From Lingula anatina (Eukaryota > Animalia > Brachiopoda): 64,000 nt of DNA. Location of the stretch: NCBI GenBank assembly GCA_051362555.1, contig CM120640.1, positions 35,483,967 to 35,547,966 on the forward strand, written 5' to 3'. Of this stretch, positions 1 through 14,200 are shown in pieces. Positions within the stretch are counted from its first letter, which is position 1. Each line of letters begins with the position of its first letter. Below the pieces are notes generated by a model, which saw nothing but the letters and a program-made list of their open reading frames with translations, made no database searches and had not been told where the DNA came from. Made by a program: the position numbers and the translations under genes.

Positions 1-3000
1 ATAACACATAACTTTCATCCATGTGTCCTAGGAGTTGTATGTCAAAATGTTATCTCTTGTTAAGACTTTTGCCTGATCTATCAACAAAACAACCATGGGA
101 TAAGATTCTGAACTGAAGCTCTATGGATTAGTGGACAGAGATGTGCTAATGGGGGTAAGCCTGCTTAGTACTTTTTATCCAATTTGCAGGTGGTTATCTT
201 AGAAACGGGTGCAAAGACTGATATTTCATCTGCCATTCTGGATCACCTTACTCAGGAACATTTAATGCTTCAGATTTTTTTTGATATGATTGACTAAGTA
301 ACAGTGGTGTTAATGGTCATGAGTTCAATCTCTCCTTACCCCACCTTCAACAACTATATGATCTCATGTTTGAATTGAATGTTGCTTCATTCTATCTGAG
401 CACAATTTTCTCCCCAGCATTAAATTGTGACTTTTACTCACGTCAGATTAAATTGTGGTTGCTAAGGACTGGCATTACCTGATTTTTACATCAGTCTTTT
501 AAACCTTCATTTGAGTGTACCCCCTACCAGGGCCACAGATTGATTTTCCACTAGATATTCACAGATAATGTCTCTGGCTATTTCTATACACTTCTCTCTA
601 CTGTCCACTGAGAATTTATGTATGGAATTGACTTCATCTCTCAGCCTAGAGATGAACCTAAAGTACATGTTGTACAGAGTAGTTTGAGTGCAGTTTGAGT
701 GAGGTACAAGATTTTGAAGGACAGCATCTCTCAAACCTAACAAGGTTAAATAATTAAGTTTATGTTATTGAGTGTGAATCAATAGGGACAGACTGAATCA
801 ATGCAGTTTTTTAAAAAATAATTTTACTTGTTAAAGCTCTAGTTGAAAAATTATTCTGCTGATATGATACAGCAACAGTAAGTTTTTACAATAGACAGTT
901 GAATGTTTAATTAAAGTATTGTATTGCATGTTGAAATTCAGAGTCATATGTAAATTTTGACATTTCTACAATGTATATGGGAACACCTTCATAATAAGAT
1001 GGGTTTTATGATCTTTGTTATTCATGGAACTCACCTCTAAGAAACGAATATAAAGTATAAAATTAATCCATTCTATGATAAAGGTAAAATACTGATAAGT
1101 GGTGAGCCAGGATTCTGTATTGGAGAAGTATTGATCTTAATGCATTGAGCACATGGGGCTTTTGACAAAGTTGATAAGATGAACAGTGAGGTATTCTTTT
1201 AGTGAGTGTGATATGAGCCTGTTCTTTTGGGGTTTGGGTTGGAATTCCCCTCCTTCCTACTCCCTATCTGTTGGGCTGCAAATCTTTTGGCACTGATTTT
1301 CTAATATACTCACGTTTAAACCATAGGCATTTTGACTTTTGTCCCCACTTTATTTATCATCCCAGTATATATCTTGTCTCTTAAGTGACAGTGGAGACCG
1401 ATACAAGTATTTAGGCTGCTCTTGCCCCTTGCCCTGATTAAACTATTATCATTGTGCCTGAATTGTGTCATGTCAATGTTATGTTAATGTGGAGCTTTTA
1501 TTAGTCAGTTAAAGGAGATTTTTATTACTCTTTAACACAGGGATAATGTCATGGTTCAATTTCACAACAAAACTTGATTCATTTGGTCATGAAAGGTAAG
1601 TCTATTTTGATGTTACTTGTGTAACTTTTCACATTTTGATAAGGATTTATTATATACGATAAAGTAAAGATATGTTGAATTTACTGCAAATTTCGACCAA
1701 GGATTAATGGTAAAGGCAACAAGGAAATGTACCTATCTTGTTTATTAAAATGATTTGTCATAAGTCTCACTGAAAACTGTATACTTTCGATTTGAATTTG
1801 ACGTATGGAAAAAGATGACTGAATAGTATCAGAATTCTTTGTAAAACCAAAGTGAGGACTCGTGCGTAAAACAATGCCACAGATATTCAATGAATCAGGT
1901 TATTCCTATTCACATGGAGATGAACATAAATTAGAACACAGAGGCACTGATGACTCAAGTGGTCAGATTGTGCATAATTGTCAGCTAGCTGCAGGATCAA
2001 TAGTAACTTTTTACTGTCCTTTAATTACGTCGTAGAGTAAGGGCATGTGTTCCGGTGACATTTATAGTCCTATTTCGTATCTAACATAGGCAAGACATCT
2101 GTTTATTTTGAATGAGATGCTTCGAAAGGAATAATTAATAAGGATTACTTTTAGACAAAAAGATTTTTACTTATTAAAAAGAAGAGTTGGATAACTGAGG
2201 TAAGAAAAGGATGTTTGTAGATTAAGGATTTGTTGTATACGGGTGTTTATGTAGAAAGAAAGAAAGACCATTGTTTTGTGTCATAGAAAGACGAAGGTTT
2301 ATTAATGGATGACCGTTTATCAGTGCATCACAGATAGCCATCCATAGTTTGCATGTTAGTTGATTTGTGCGCTTTGGAAGATTTGCATAAAAGAGTTGTT
2401 TCAAATGTTAGGGATAATTTATTTTGGTTAAAGAAAATAAATATTTTAAAGAATGTGAGTAAGATATCACTCTTTTTAGTTGAATCTGATTTATTGAACT
2501 TTTTTCAACTGTTTGACAGCAATTTATCCTAAGCCCAGGAAAAGATGCGATTAATTATTTGGTCATTGTAATCTAAATTTAGTCAAACAGCTTACAGTTT
2601 CTATTTGATGACAAAATATAATAAAACATTCTTAAATCATGATGGGAATTGTTAAATTTGTTGCATTTCATTTAAGCTGCCACAGCGAGCATAATGGTTT
2701 GGAATTCACAGTCTGGTGAAATATACAGTTTTAACAGCTGAATAATTTTCTGTGTTCAGTTTGCTCATGCGGGTTGATTATTGTAAATGGAAATTTGACT
2801 GTGTGTTGCAGCAGATAAAACATATTGAAGACTGTAGATACCATAACAGAATGTTACATGTCACACATGTATATTGATATTGGTGTAAATTTGTACTCTA
2901 AACCAATATGAAGAATTTTTTATTTCATGGATTTTTCATGAAGGAAATCATTAGTGGCAGGCAAGCAAGCAATTTGTTTAGCTGTACCATAATATTAGCT

Positions 3001-4972
3001 CACTGTTTTGTCTCACTTACTGTAAGACCATTTCAAATGGCTTTTTTTATAGAGATAAAAAGTCAGGGATTGGTCAATAATTTTTAGCTTACAGTACTAA
3101 ATGTGCATGATTGGGTGTTGCCAACATATTTCCAGATGTTGCCATGCTGTAGTGTATGGCTTGGAGATCAGTCTGATTTCTGAACAAAAAACATGGACGA
3201 CTGTTTGCATATTGGAGAGAACAGCTGATTACATACGTAAAACTACAATTTCTATGCACAGCTCGTTGGCTGAACAGTCAGGGTGACTCTCTCCTGGTTA
3301 GGCCAAAACTTGTCGTATCTTCAAGAAAAAAGGAGTGGAGGCACTGCAGTAGCTGCCATTCTTTCATGTGGAGACCGACACATAATTCATAATTTTCAAA
3401 AAAAGAAAAGGGTAGAATTGCTGTCACACTCTTCAACTGGAACGTGTGTCAACTCGAAAAAAGGAGTGGCAAAGAACTACAGTTTAAAGTTCTCTGCTCT
3501 TTGACTGTTGATATCCACCCAAATGTGGAATATTCAAGGGAAATGTGCGGTAAACAGTTGCAAGTTATGATTGCTGATTTTTAAGCAAACTTAAAGTACA
3601 CAAAGAAGAGCAAGACAAGTATATCATGGTCATGTGTGATTTGAATAACTGGCCAGAAGGGAAAGACTGTGTATAAGTCTGAAATGTAAAAGGGTTTATG
3701 ACAAGCAGTGCAAACTGAAAACTTACTACTGTCATCGACATTTCTTATTGTGTGCCATGTGACATTGAAAGAAGAATAATCCATATGTGTGGAAGACTGT
3801 ATCTGGAGTGTCACTGTCATTTACAATATTGATGTATCTGATGGTTTACCAGCATATTTAGAAGGATGGAAACAATGGGGTATTAATTCCCCCTTGATGT
3901 GGTATTGTCTCACCTAAGTATCTGGTATTAGAATGAATGTGCTGATATTATTGGGATTTTGTTCATATGGGTAATGGATATTTGGAGTATTGATTTTAGG
4001 AAGTCTCTTCATTCTGATTGGATTTTTCCCTGTTCTAGATTAGAAGAAATTGTAAGAGAGAAAGGTACTCGATACTTTGAATGGCGTTGAGCAGTGACTT
4101 CAACTGACTGGCATTTGCTTTTAAGTGTTTTTTTTTTGTCAAAATAAGCACTTACATTTCCCCTGCCAGTTTTAATTCCAAGTATCACAGGTTGTCCTAA
4201 ATGTGAGTGAACCCTATTTTAAATGAGAGGACTTTGAGATTTTGAACAGCAGTGGAAAGGCACCTCCAGCGGTGCTTCTGGAGTTGCATGCTTGTTGCTT
4301 GGAGACAACTTGAAGGCATAATGAAAGCTGGCGCGAAGTGAGTACTCATTGTAGCGGCATAATGGCGTGCATTTTTGCGCAAGAAAATTTCAACCTTAGG
4401 CTTTTTATTTAGTCTTACTGAGCTGAATAATTGAAGCAGATAATTTAGACAGTCCTATATTTGAATAGCATCGTAAAATGTGTTGGGTTTTTTTTTTTGT
4501 AGATATGGTGGAAATGAATCGGTATGCTGTTACTAGTACTTTACTGTGAGGCACAAATGTCAAGAAAAAATATATATAAACATACTTGAAGGTTGAAGGC
4601 ACTTGTAGACTGATGAATTATTAACCATTGCATAACAGGTTATAACAGGTGCTAGCAAGTTCTTAGAACTGAGATTTAGATTAGTCTGATATATAGAATA
4701 AACTGGTTGGAGAAAACCCACCCACTTTGAATTTCAGTTGATTTCATTTTTCAGAAGCAAGACAGACGTTTGCATGCTGTTTGATTTCTTTCGAAGAACG
4801 AGAAGCATGATTATTGACCTGAATCATGTGTTGTTGTAGTTTTTCCAAATACTGCTCTGAATGCCCTGAGCACCCTTGACATCCAGCTTAATGTATTGTA
4901 CTCAGTTTTCCATCATTTTCTTTAGAAAAGATGACAACCCAGGGTCTCTCAGTGGTGACATAAGATGCCAGC

Positions 4973-5125
4973 ATGGAGAATGGTGAGGCAGCAGCCAGTC
5001 AACATGAGGACTCTCTGGTGGACTCTACATCCAATGTGACAGCCTTCACGTCCCACACTGATGCCGGACACAATGTGAACAGCACTGTGTACATACGAAT
5101 CTCACTCCCAGAGCATAAAATACAG
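4973..5125 (+). CDS. SHANK: SHANK coding exon 1 (MENGEAA...VYIRISLPEHKIQ), start of SPN domain
   Basis: In-frame TAA at 4961 upstream of the ATG; VYIRISLP resembles SHANK3 VVVRVGIP; donor CAG|gtatg; acceptor ttttctttag ending 4925 implies an upstream UTR exon. Confidence 0.85.
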
Positions 5126-5225
5126 GTATGACATAAAGTGAACTGTGTTCTCATAATTTGCACAGGTAAGGTCTCGTGCATCATGAAATAGCAAAGAGCA
5201 ACTAAAATGGTTTGATAGCAAATAG

Positions 5226-5273
<48 letters not shown>

Positions 5274-8200
5274 AAAGCAGAATGTTGCAATTTTTTATCT
5301 GACAAACTATAACACACTCATGTGCATTTTGTGCATGTTTTCCAAAATGACTCCTACATACGGTAATTCTCCAATCTATACGAACGCCGCAATAATTACG
5401 AACGAAACGTTTTTTCTCTGAATCTGAATTTTTTGTCTCCGTTCTGTACGAACAATCGCTAAACTCACCTTGGGCACAATTTAAATTTTCCGAACGCAAG
5501 ATAGTGTGCCCAATTGAAACTCGCCCCATGATTCGTCAAAGCGAGTTTTCAGACCACCGTTCCAAACAAAGGAACTGCCACTTGACAGGAGAGATTGTTA
5601 TCATGTATTTGTGCTGTTTTTGAATGCTGCAGGCCAGTTTTAAAACCCTATTGTTATTCAGAAATTATTGAAAGCATCAGTACACATAAATTACTTACTG
5701 TTTATTATCATTTCTTAACTTCTGCCGGCCGACTGGATCATCAACATCCACCATCGGTGTTTCACCGATAGGCCCTAACTGGTTTCCAGTAAAATCTATA
5801 AACGTGAAACCCACGCCACCAGAAGAGTATGAGAAATCCATAGTCAATGATCGAGTTTTTCTTTGTTTTTGGTAGTCATTAGGAAATTAAATTTTTAAGA
5901 GGAGTTCTGTCTTGTATTGTATTTATTTTTCTAATTTGAGTTGTGATAAAGTTCATGCTTTTTTTTTGTTTGTTTGTTTGTTTTTCCTTGTTAAAGACCT
6001 TGTCTCATGAACAACTATTAGGTAAACCTTACTGATATTGGTGATTGTGAAAAATAAAGGTGCCGTATGACTTTATACAAATTTGCCTGCAGTTTTCTGT
6101 ATTTTTTCTAATTAAGTTTACATTGATTGCGTGCAAATTAATATGCTGTAAAAGACTTTCATAAATAGACGTGAATTGAGCTGATGTTATTTTTTATATC
6201 AAGTATAGACTTCTAATCTCTATTAACGTCAGTGATATCTACTGTGAGGAGTTTCAAGTATTTTGTTTTAGCGGAAGAAATTTATGTAGGCCTAATGGGG
6301 GGGGGGGGGGTGACATTATTAATATTGCAAATTTTCTATATGTGAAATCATATTAAAAGTAAACACGCATTAAATAAAATATGCAACTGGATATGCAAAT
6401 ATTCTTGTCTGTTTTTGACAGAAGTTGGGAAAAACGATGTTGTCCTGTCTTGGTAAAACATAACAGGGAAAAACGATGTTGTCTTGTCTTGAGAGAAATG
6501 TACCTCTTTAGTATGAAGAAATTGTTTCTTAACTTGAATTCCCGACTTTTGTTTAGTTTGTTTTAATTCATTGCAACATCGCAAGAATAATTTGTTTGTG
6601 CTAAAAGCTGATCACAGTGATTTTATCTGAAAGTAATGCTTACACTTAGCAATGTAGGTAAGTGGAGATAACTTCGGTACAGCCGTATTCCATTCGTATT
6701 TCAATGGATACGAACGCGTGGCAATTTTTAGCAGACTGAATTTCAAGCCTTACGAACAAAATGATTTTCTTCCAAAAATAATTAATTTAAATCGTTCGTA
6801 TAGATTGGAGAGTTACCGTATGCACATGCACAACAACCCATGAGTATGAGATAAGGATTTGATCAAAACATGTTTATCAAACATCATCTTGATATTCAAC
6901 AATACAAGTCTTTTATTAATAGCACTCCTTGAGGTCCATATAACTGGTTTCTAAAGAATTATCAACAATAAAATATTCAGATTATATATAATATATAAAT
7001 ATAGCATGCTAAATGACAAAGGTTTTCAGTATGGCTGAAAGAATATGTCTCTTTTTGACACCTCTTTCCATTTAAGATTCAAGTAACAATGATCCTAAGT
7101 GCTATATAGCAATATATATTATATAAAAGAGATTAGAGGTTGATTAAACATATACTAAAAAGAAAGATAAATATAAAAAATAAAATACTATAATAATAAG
7201 TCTGCACTAACTTGAACCGTTTTTATTATGAAGTTTTTGCTGTGTCTTGAGGTCACAATTTACAAAGGATGACAGCATTTTCATGATTTGGGTAAAATAG
7301 TGTCGGGGTCCAAAGCATGATTTCTGTAAAAGTGACTCATCACTTCCGCTCTTTAAATGTATAAATATTTTAGATGTCATTGTTACGTGAGGACTAATGT
7401 CATAATGCTAATGGTTGTTAATGAGATTCCGAGGCTTTTTTTAGGTAGATAATACAGGGTATTGACATGTGGTTACCCACTAAGGACTAGTTAACATAAG
7501 CACATAAGATGGTCTTACAAGTGCAGACTAAGGCGTACATACCTATAGACCCAAACAAATACATTGTTGCATATGCACATACCTTTAAAGTATTCATGTG
7601 CATGCACACTTCAAACTCATGCATGCACACATTTGTGAATTATGTCATACATGCTTGGTTAATTGTGTGAGGAAAGTATGATAGTGGGTTCAACGTTACC
7701 AAGTTATTAAAACCATGACTCAGACATTTATGAAGCAGACAGGCAGGCAGGATCAGTGGTAGATAACACACACTATTTTATGGCAATTTTCTTGGTTTGA
7801 AGTGACAACTGTTGGTCCCCTGAGAGTAAAATATTTTTCATTAGCGAATGATAGCCCATGACAGTTTTATTATGAAAGTAATGAAAGAAAAACAACAGCT
7901 AAAAAAAAAAAAAAACTCTCAAGATATTTAATGATTTTACACAGTCATCTATTGATATGTGTATTTGGAACCACTGAAAAGAGACTATTTCCTGATGCAA
8001 AAGTATTGATTTCATTAGTGTGTTCACTGGGCAATGAATTATTTCCCAGTTTATAAAACTTGATTTATCTTGGAGATGAACTGGATGGTGTTGGCATTCC
8101 ATAATCAATAATAACCATTCAGGATTAATCTTAGATTTAAGTATGTATCCTTATGACATTCAAATTTCTGTTGTTTTTTAAATTAATTTGTGAAATGATT

Positions 8201-11200
8201 ATTATTAAGAAATGAAAGAATTTGAAGCACATTATTTGTCTTGCTTCACATTTTATATAGTGTTCTTAAAGAGAATACAAAATGGTTTGCGGTTATTTGT
8301 GTATTCTAGAATTTACCAATCTGTTATAGTTTTTTAAATTACTGTTGTTTGATATCTTACATTGTTTTCTGATGACATTTAACCCTAATTGTGACAAAAG
8401 TCACTAATAAAGCAATTATTGTCTTGTTGCAGAAGTGGGTTAGCTTTTATCCAATAAATTGTGTTTATTTATAGAGTGACTCAACAAATCTAATTATTGA
8501 TGCACTAATTCTCTTATTTCAGAAATGCCTGCAATTCCAGCTGGATGAAACTGTGTGGTCAGCAAAACAAAGGGTTTTGGCCACAGTGGGCAAGGTAAAT
8601 GTCAAATATTTCTGTCCTGTGAATTCTTAGCCCATTGCTGATGGCAGTTTATCTGGTCTTACAATTTTTTTTTCAAATTTGGCTGGAAAGTTGGAAATGC
8701 TGTTGGCTTATGGTCCCCATGTTTTATTCAGTTAGTTTGTTAATTTGGTCAGAGATGATAAATTTGTTTTTGTCATTTTAAGATGTTTGTTTTTCTGCTC
8801 AATTAAAACAAGAAAGATGAGCTGTACCTGGAAAATTTAGATAATACAAAGAGAGGTGACTGATGGCTTTTCTAAAAGTTCTAAGGCTTGACATCTCATT
8901 TGGTTAATGATGGAAGACATATTGCCCTTTAGATTTTCTGTATCATAGTCAAGTTGAAAATGGGTCATCAGTTAAAAAATGACAGGTTGGTCTCAGGGGG
9001 GGTGTTATATGGTAATTATTTGAAATTTTCAAATGCCCCACTCATTCCAATATTTAACTTTTCTTGATTTATCATCTTAAAACTATTTAGCATGAAGCCT
9101 GCTAACTTTTAAAAAAAATATTGTATCAACAATTTTGAGCATTATGAACAAAACCCTGTTGGGGAGAAAATTATAAATTAGTTCTGTTTGTCTTTAATCA
9201 GAAATTACCGTATTAGTGGCAAAATAATGGACTTACTCTTGGAAAACAGCTGATAATTGGAAATAGAATCAGAATTAGACAAAAACTAACACAATATAAA
9301 TGGTAATTCATAATGAATCACTGTTTGCAGTTAATTGTCTCTGAGTATTGTTGTCCCTGTTGTTGGCTTGACTTGCAATGTAGTCTTTGGTGCTGTAGTC
9401 AAAAATGCAGCTTCACTGCCAGCCTAATCAATTGCCCTGAGATTTCTTTAATGGAAACTTCTCACACTCTGTATTGATTCTTGCACAGACAGAATCAAAT
9501 AGCTTGAGTAGATTTCTAATTTGGCCAATTTAAGTAGTGTGGTTAGTATAATGGCAGGCCTTATAAGTTCATTTGATTTGGGGTTCAGTCTCGGAGGTTT
9601 ATAGTGACAATTAAGTCTATTTTGAAACTGCTATTCAAATCCAATGAAAGGAATTTATAGATTGAGACTATTTTTAAAAATTAAAATTATTTGTGTTCAA
9701 CAAAAGTTTATTTGTTGCTCTAAGTAACTATACATGTACATTTGACAAATCAAATTTAGCTAAATTTCAAATGGATGTTATTTCCACAAATCACTATACA
9801 TTTGTATAAACAAACGACATGTACATTTCTTAGCATATACATAGTAGTTTATAATGTCTAAATCACAGTTTAAAAGCTGTCTTTATTTGTTTGCTTTACA
9901 GGATTTGAAGGATGGGTTGAACTATGGCCTGTACTGCCCTCCCATGAATGGGCGGGCAGGAAAGTTTTTGGATGAGGAAAGATTGCTGCGAGACTACCCT
10001 CTGCCTGGACCAATAGGATTCTTAGAGGTAGGAAGGAAATATTTTGATGTCTGTTGCAGATAGTTCTTTGAGCTATACTTTGATACAGGTGGTGTTTGTC
10101 TGAAACGAGTGACTGGAAATCATATTTGAGGTTAATGCTAGAATGCTGTATACCACTGGGTAAATTTGATATATGTGTTCATGTAAGTAATTTTGCCTAT
10201 AGCCCCTCTCAGAGCAAAGCCCACCTACAAGATCCCTAAATCTACCCATCTCTGTTCTGAGTTTTTCTCTACAGTTAGTTTAGATGATGTTAATCCTTAA
10301 AGAAATAAAGATTAAGAAACAATATAAATGATACACTTATCCACAAAAGCAGTTTTTAGTTCAAATTTATGTTATAGAACTTGTGTTCAGACATTTCATT
10401 TGAATTTGTTTTATAAATCACTATTTTTACCAATGTGTTTTTTTTTTCTTTCAGTTTAAATGTAAGAGAAGAGTGTACAAGTTGATGCAAATAAACTACA
10501 CCAAGATCAAAAAGATCCACACAAAGGTAGACATAACTTTGAATTCATTTTTTAGTCGTGAAAATTATCTTGTGCAATTTTCTGAAGAACATTTACTTAT
10601 ATACTTAAATATGTTCTGAAAGGCCAAGAAAAAAGTTTTACAGTAGTAGACTGACAGACTAATCACAAGTTATTTGTAGCAAAATTAAATTTTTATCAAC
10701 ATCTGTGCAGCATGCGGTCAGTGAAGTTAATTTTTAGAAAAAAAGTGCTTGAATATTTATAGAAATGTGGTAGCACTGAATGATTATTGAAATATTTCCT
10801 GTATGTTTAATTGTTTACTTATTAATTTTTGTGCAGGCTAACTTAAAGCAGTTCCTGGATCATGTGAAACATGGACATGTGAACAAAGTGAACAAATGTC
10901 TTCTCAAGGGGCTGGACCCCAATTTTTATGACTCGGAATCTGGAGGTATGTGTGCGGTGAAACTGAGTGAAGCAATCCTGTAGTTTGTTTGTAACAGATC
11001 CATGTGCTTTTACATGTTAGATAGCAAATTGGGTGTATGACATCATGCAGAGAATATAGCAGGTCTTTTTCCATGAAATACCTAACAACCACTGTAAAGG
11101 TATTCTTCTTATCTATGCAACTTTCAAGGACTATTGATTCCTTCTCCAGTTGGGCTAAACAGTGTAACTATTCATGGACTGTCTATCAAAACATTCATTG

Positions 11201-14200
11201 TGTCTTAAAAACTGGAATGGACTGGAAAAATCATCAGCTAGCGCCATTAATATCAGCTCTATTAGATCTGTATTATTAGTGTGTGTGTGTGTGTGTGAGA
11301 GAGTGTGTGTTCATAATTAGAGAGAGGAACATAAATTATCCTAAGCACCCACTCTTACCTTAAAGTCACAAAAGCATGTGTTTAATCATTATATGAATAT
11401 TAAGGTATCATTGGATCTAGACCAGATTATCCTTTAACCCAACATTGTTTTATGACTTACCCATTACTATTGATATTTAAAACACCATGCAGGTGCTGTT
11501 ACCTAAACTTATTCAATACCAGGATTGTCTTGCATCATAACTCCATGAGTAATCAGCAGTCACGCAATTTTAATTAATAAAGAAACACATTACTGGTGAA
11601 ACATATGGTATTGACTTTCATTACGCTACTAATTGGTGTATCGTAAAAAAAAAAAAAATGCAGAGGTTTTATCTCCTTGTTTTAAATTGTAACAAAGTGT
11701 TGCCTCTGTAAAAATTTTAAAAAATGTTTGTATGTATAAAATGCATATTTGATATTAACAAAGCGTATGTTGGGCAGTATGTGCAATCCGAAAATACTTA
11801 ATATACATGCCATTCTTATCTATCTTAGCTCTGTAAAAACATTATTAGAGATTAAGAGCTCATAAGTTTATTCCAATAAAATTTCTTTCAGAAACGCCTC
11901 TCACCGTGGCCACGTCCATTTCCAAGCCTCGTGACATGATCCTGTCTCTGGTTAATGGTGGAGCTCACCTTGACTTTCGCAATAAGAGAAGTCTCACACC
12001 CCTCCACATGGCTTCTATAAAAGGAAACTTGGAAGCAATTAAGGTATCATCTGAAATTTATTTTAATGCACCAAAAGGTACAACTTTTAAGTATATATTA
12101 CTTATTAGTTGTACTCTTGGCCTGTAGGTCTAATATACTGAATAAATGAACTTGAATACTTTGGTAATAGAAAAAAGTATTTGACATATTTGTTATGATA
12201 TGGTTTGGTATGTTATAATATAATATAATGTAATATTATGTAATTGAGTGTAAAAATATGATATGATATGATATGATACAATACGATACGATACGATACG
12301 ATATGTGAAAAGTGTCACCTTGTTTAACCTCCTATATGCACAGTAAGCAGGGCTGGGATATGCTTTGTAACACTTTGATTATTTCCTTGGTGGCTCGTGG
12401 CACAGCTGTCTCTGGCAGATGTGAGGTGATACCTGTCACATAATAATCCTGGAAAATTGATTATGTACATAAGAAGTGCATTATAGTATGATACCTTTTT
12501 ATGAGACACGTAAAAGTATATTGAAAATAAGAATAATCTTATCTAGCTGAGCCAAGTTAGATTTGAGAACCAAGTGATATATATTCTGAAATAAAGTTTT
12601 GTTGTTAGACATGAGAGATATTATGTGAAATTGATAGAGCGTAATACATTATATACATAATACATACATAATACATATGGTACATTTTTATTAAAGAGAA
12701 CCTTTTTGGTTAAAGGAAAAGCAAAACCTTGAAGTAATATTTCATGCATGTCTCATGAATGGCTACTAAAATATAATTATCATTTGCCAATACTGTAATT
12801 GTAGTAGAAAGTGTGTGGATGATATACAAAACTTCATTATAAAACAATCACAAAGCAAGATACAAAGTGAGGTTATTTTCATGTGAATGATATCAACTGC
12901 AGCTCATCCTGTAAATCTCAGATTAAATAATAATACCGTGTGTGTGGATTACTAAGATAACTCTATAGCACTAATTACTTCCTCAAGGAACTTAGCGGGA
13001 AATATTCTGCATTGATTTTCTATCATGTTTATGGAACAGAATATCTGTGTTAATATAGCATGTTTCCTCCTTACCCTTCTATCCAAGCTCAAGTTCCAGC
13101 ATACTATGTTTATGTCCGAAAATCCACCCAAAATGCATCTTAATTTACAATAGAATAAGAATACAAATATTATACATATTAACTTATAATGCATATATAT
13201 ATATATGTAGGTCATGTTGGAACTGGGTGCCTCGGCCAACTACAAGGATGCCCATGGTCTGACCCCACTGTACCATGCTGTGATGCATGATATCAACCCA
13301 GTATGTGTGGAGACTCTGCTCAGGGACCATGCCACCATGGGGCTACAGGATGATAAAGGATGGACAGAAGTTCATCAGGTATGTTACCCCCCCCCCCCCC
13401 CCAATACCCCCCCACCCTCTTGCCCTATTACTCTGAATGGCCTTTTTTAGTGAGAAGATGGTGGGCCTTTCTGGTAGAATTTTTTCCCCAGAAAAATATT
13501 TTGTTAATGTTACTATAAAGTGTTGATTGAAAAGATAAAGTTATAATAAGAAATGAAATGTAAAATTTTAAAGTAATTATCATGTGCATGGTATTGATTA
13601 TCATTTTATTTGTCTAACATTTTATCCCCGGAAAGTTAAATCACGGGATATGATACACAAAATACTATTATGAGATTGAGTGTGCAAACAGAAGAATAGA
13701 TTTTACTCCTCACTTATTTGAGATATACTATATCACATTGTTATTGAACTGGTCTAGAAATGCATTGATTTTTGTGGGCTTACAAGCTTTAGAATTATGT
13801 TTGGTCCCCTAGATTGCATCTGAATTTGATATATCAGATCTAAAACACTGTTTTTTAGTCTTTCTTATCCAGGCCCATAGCTAGGTGGTTTCGGGGGGTT
13901 CGACTGAACTACCATTTTTGCTGGGAAAAGGTTTCCTCAGGGTAAAAATTTGATCTATGTCCACTTTTTCAGTAAATAAACCCCTCCCTCCCCTTGAAAT
14001 TGCTGGGTACAAGCCTGGTATATTTAATTTTTCCACCGTTAATGAGAATGTTACAGTTGGTTTTGATTCTGATATACATATTGGAAATGATATCCAGTGT
14101 CCTTATCTCCACCCTTCTTCTTTTGAAGTTTACATGTTGATTTTGTTTTGTCTCTACCAACATTTCCCCTGCTTTCACCTTGCTCACTGTTTTCACCTTT

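Noticed and set aside
3270-3560. Possible upstream non-coding SHANK exon or promoter (repeated GAAAAAAGGAGTGG)
   Set aside because: Boundaries cannot be supported from sequence alone.
1-4900. Short ORFs in the first 5 kb and other short intronic ORFs of 60-130 aa
   Set aside because: Low-complexity F/L/I/K-rich translations expected from AT-rich non-coding DNA; no recognisable motifs or splice support.
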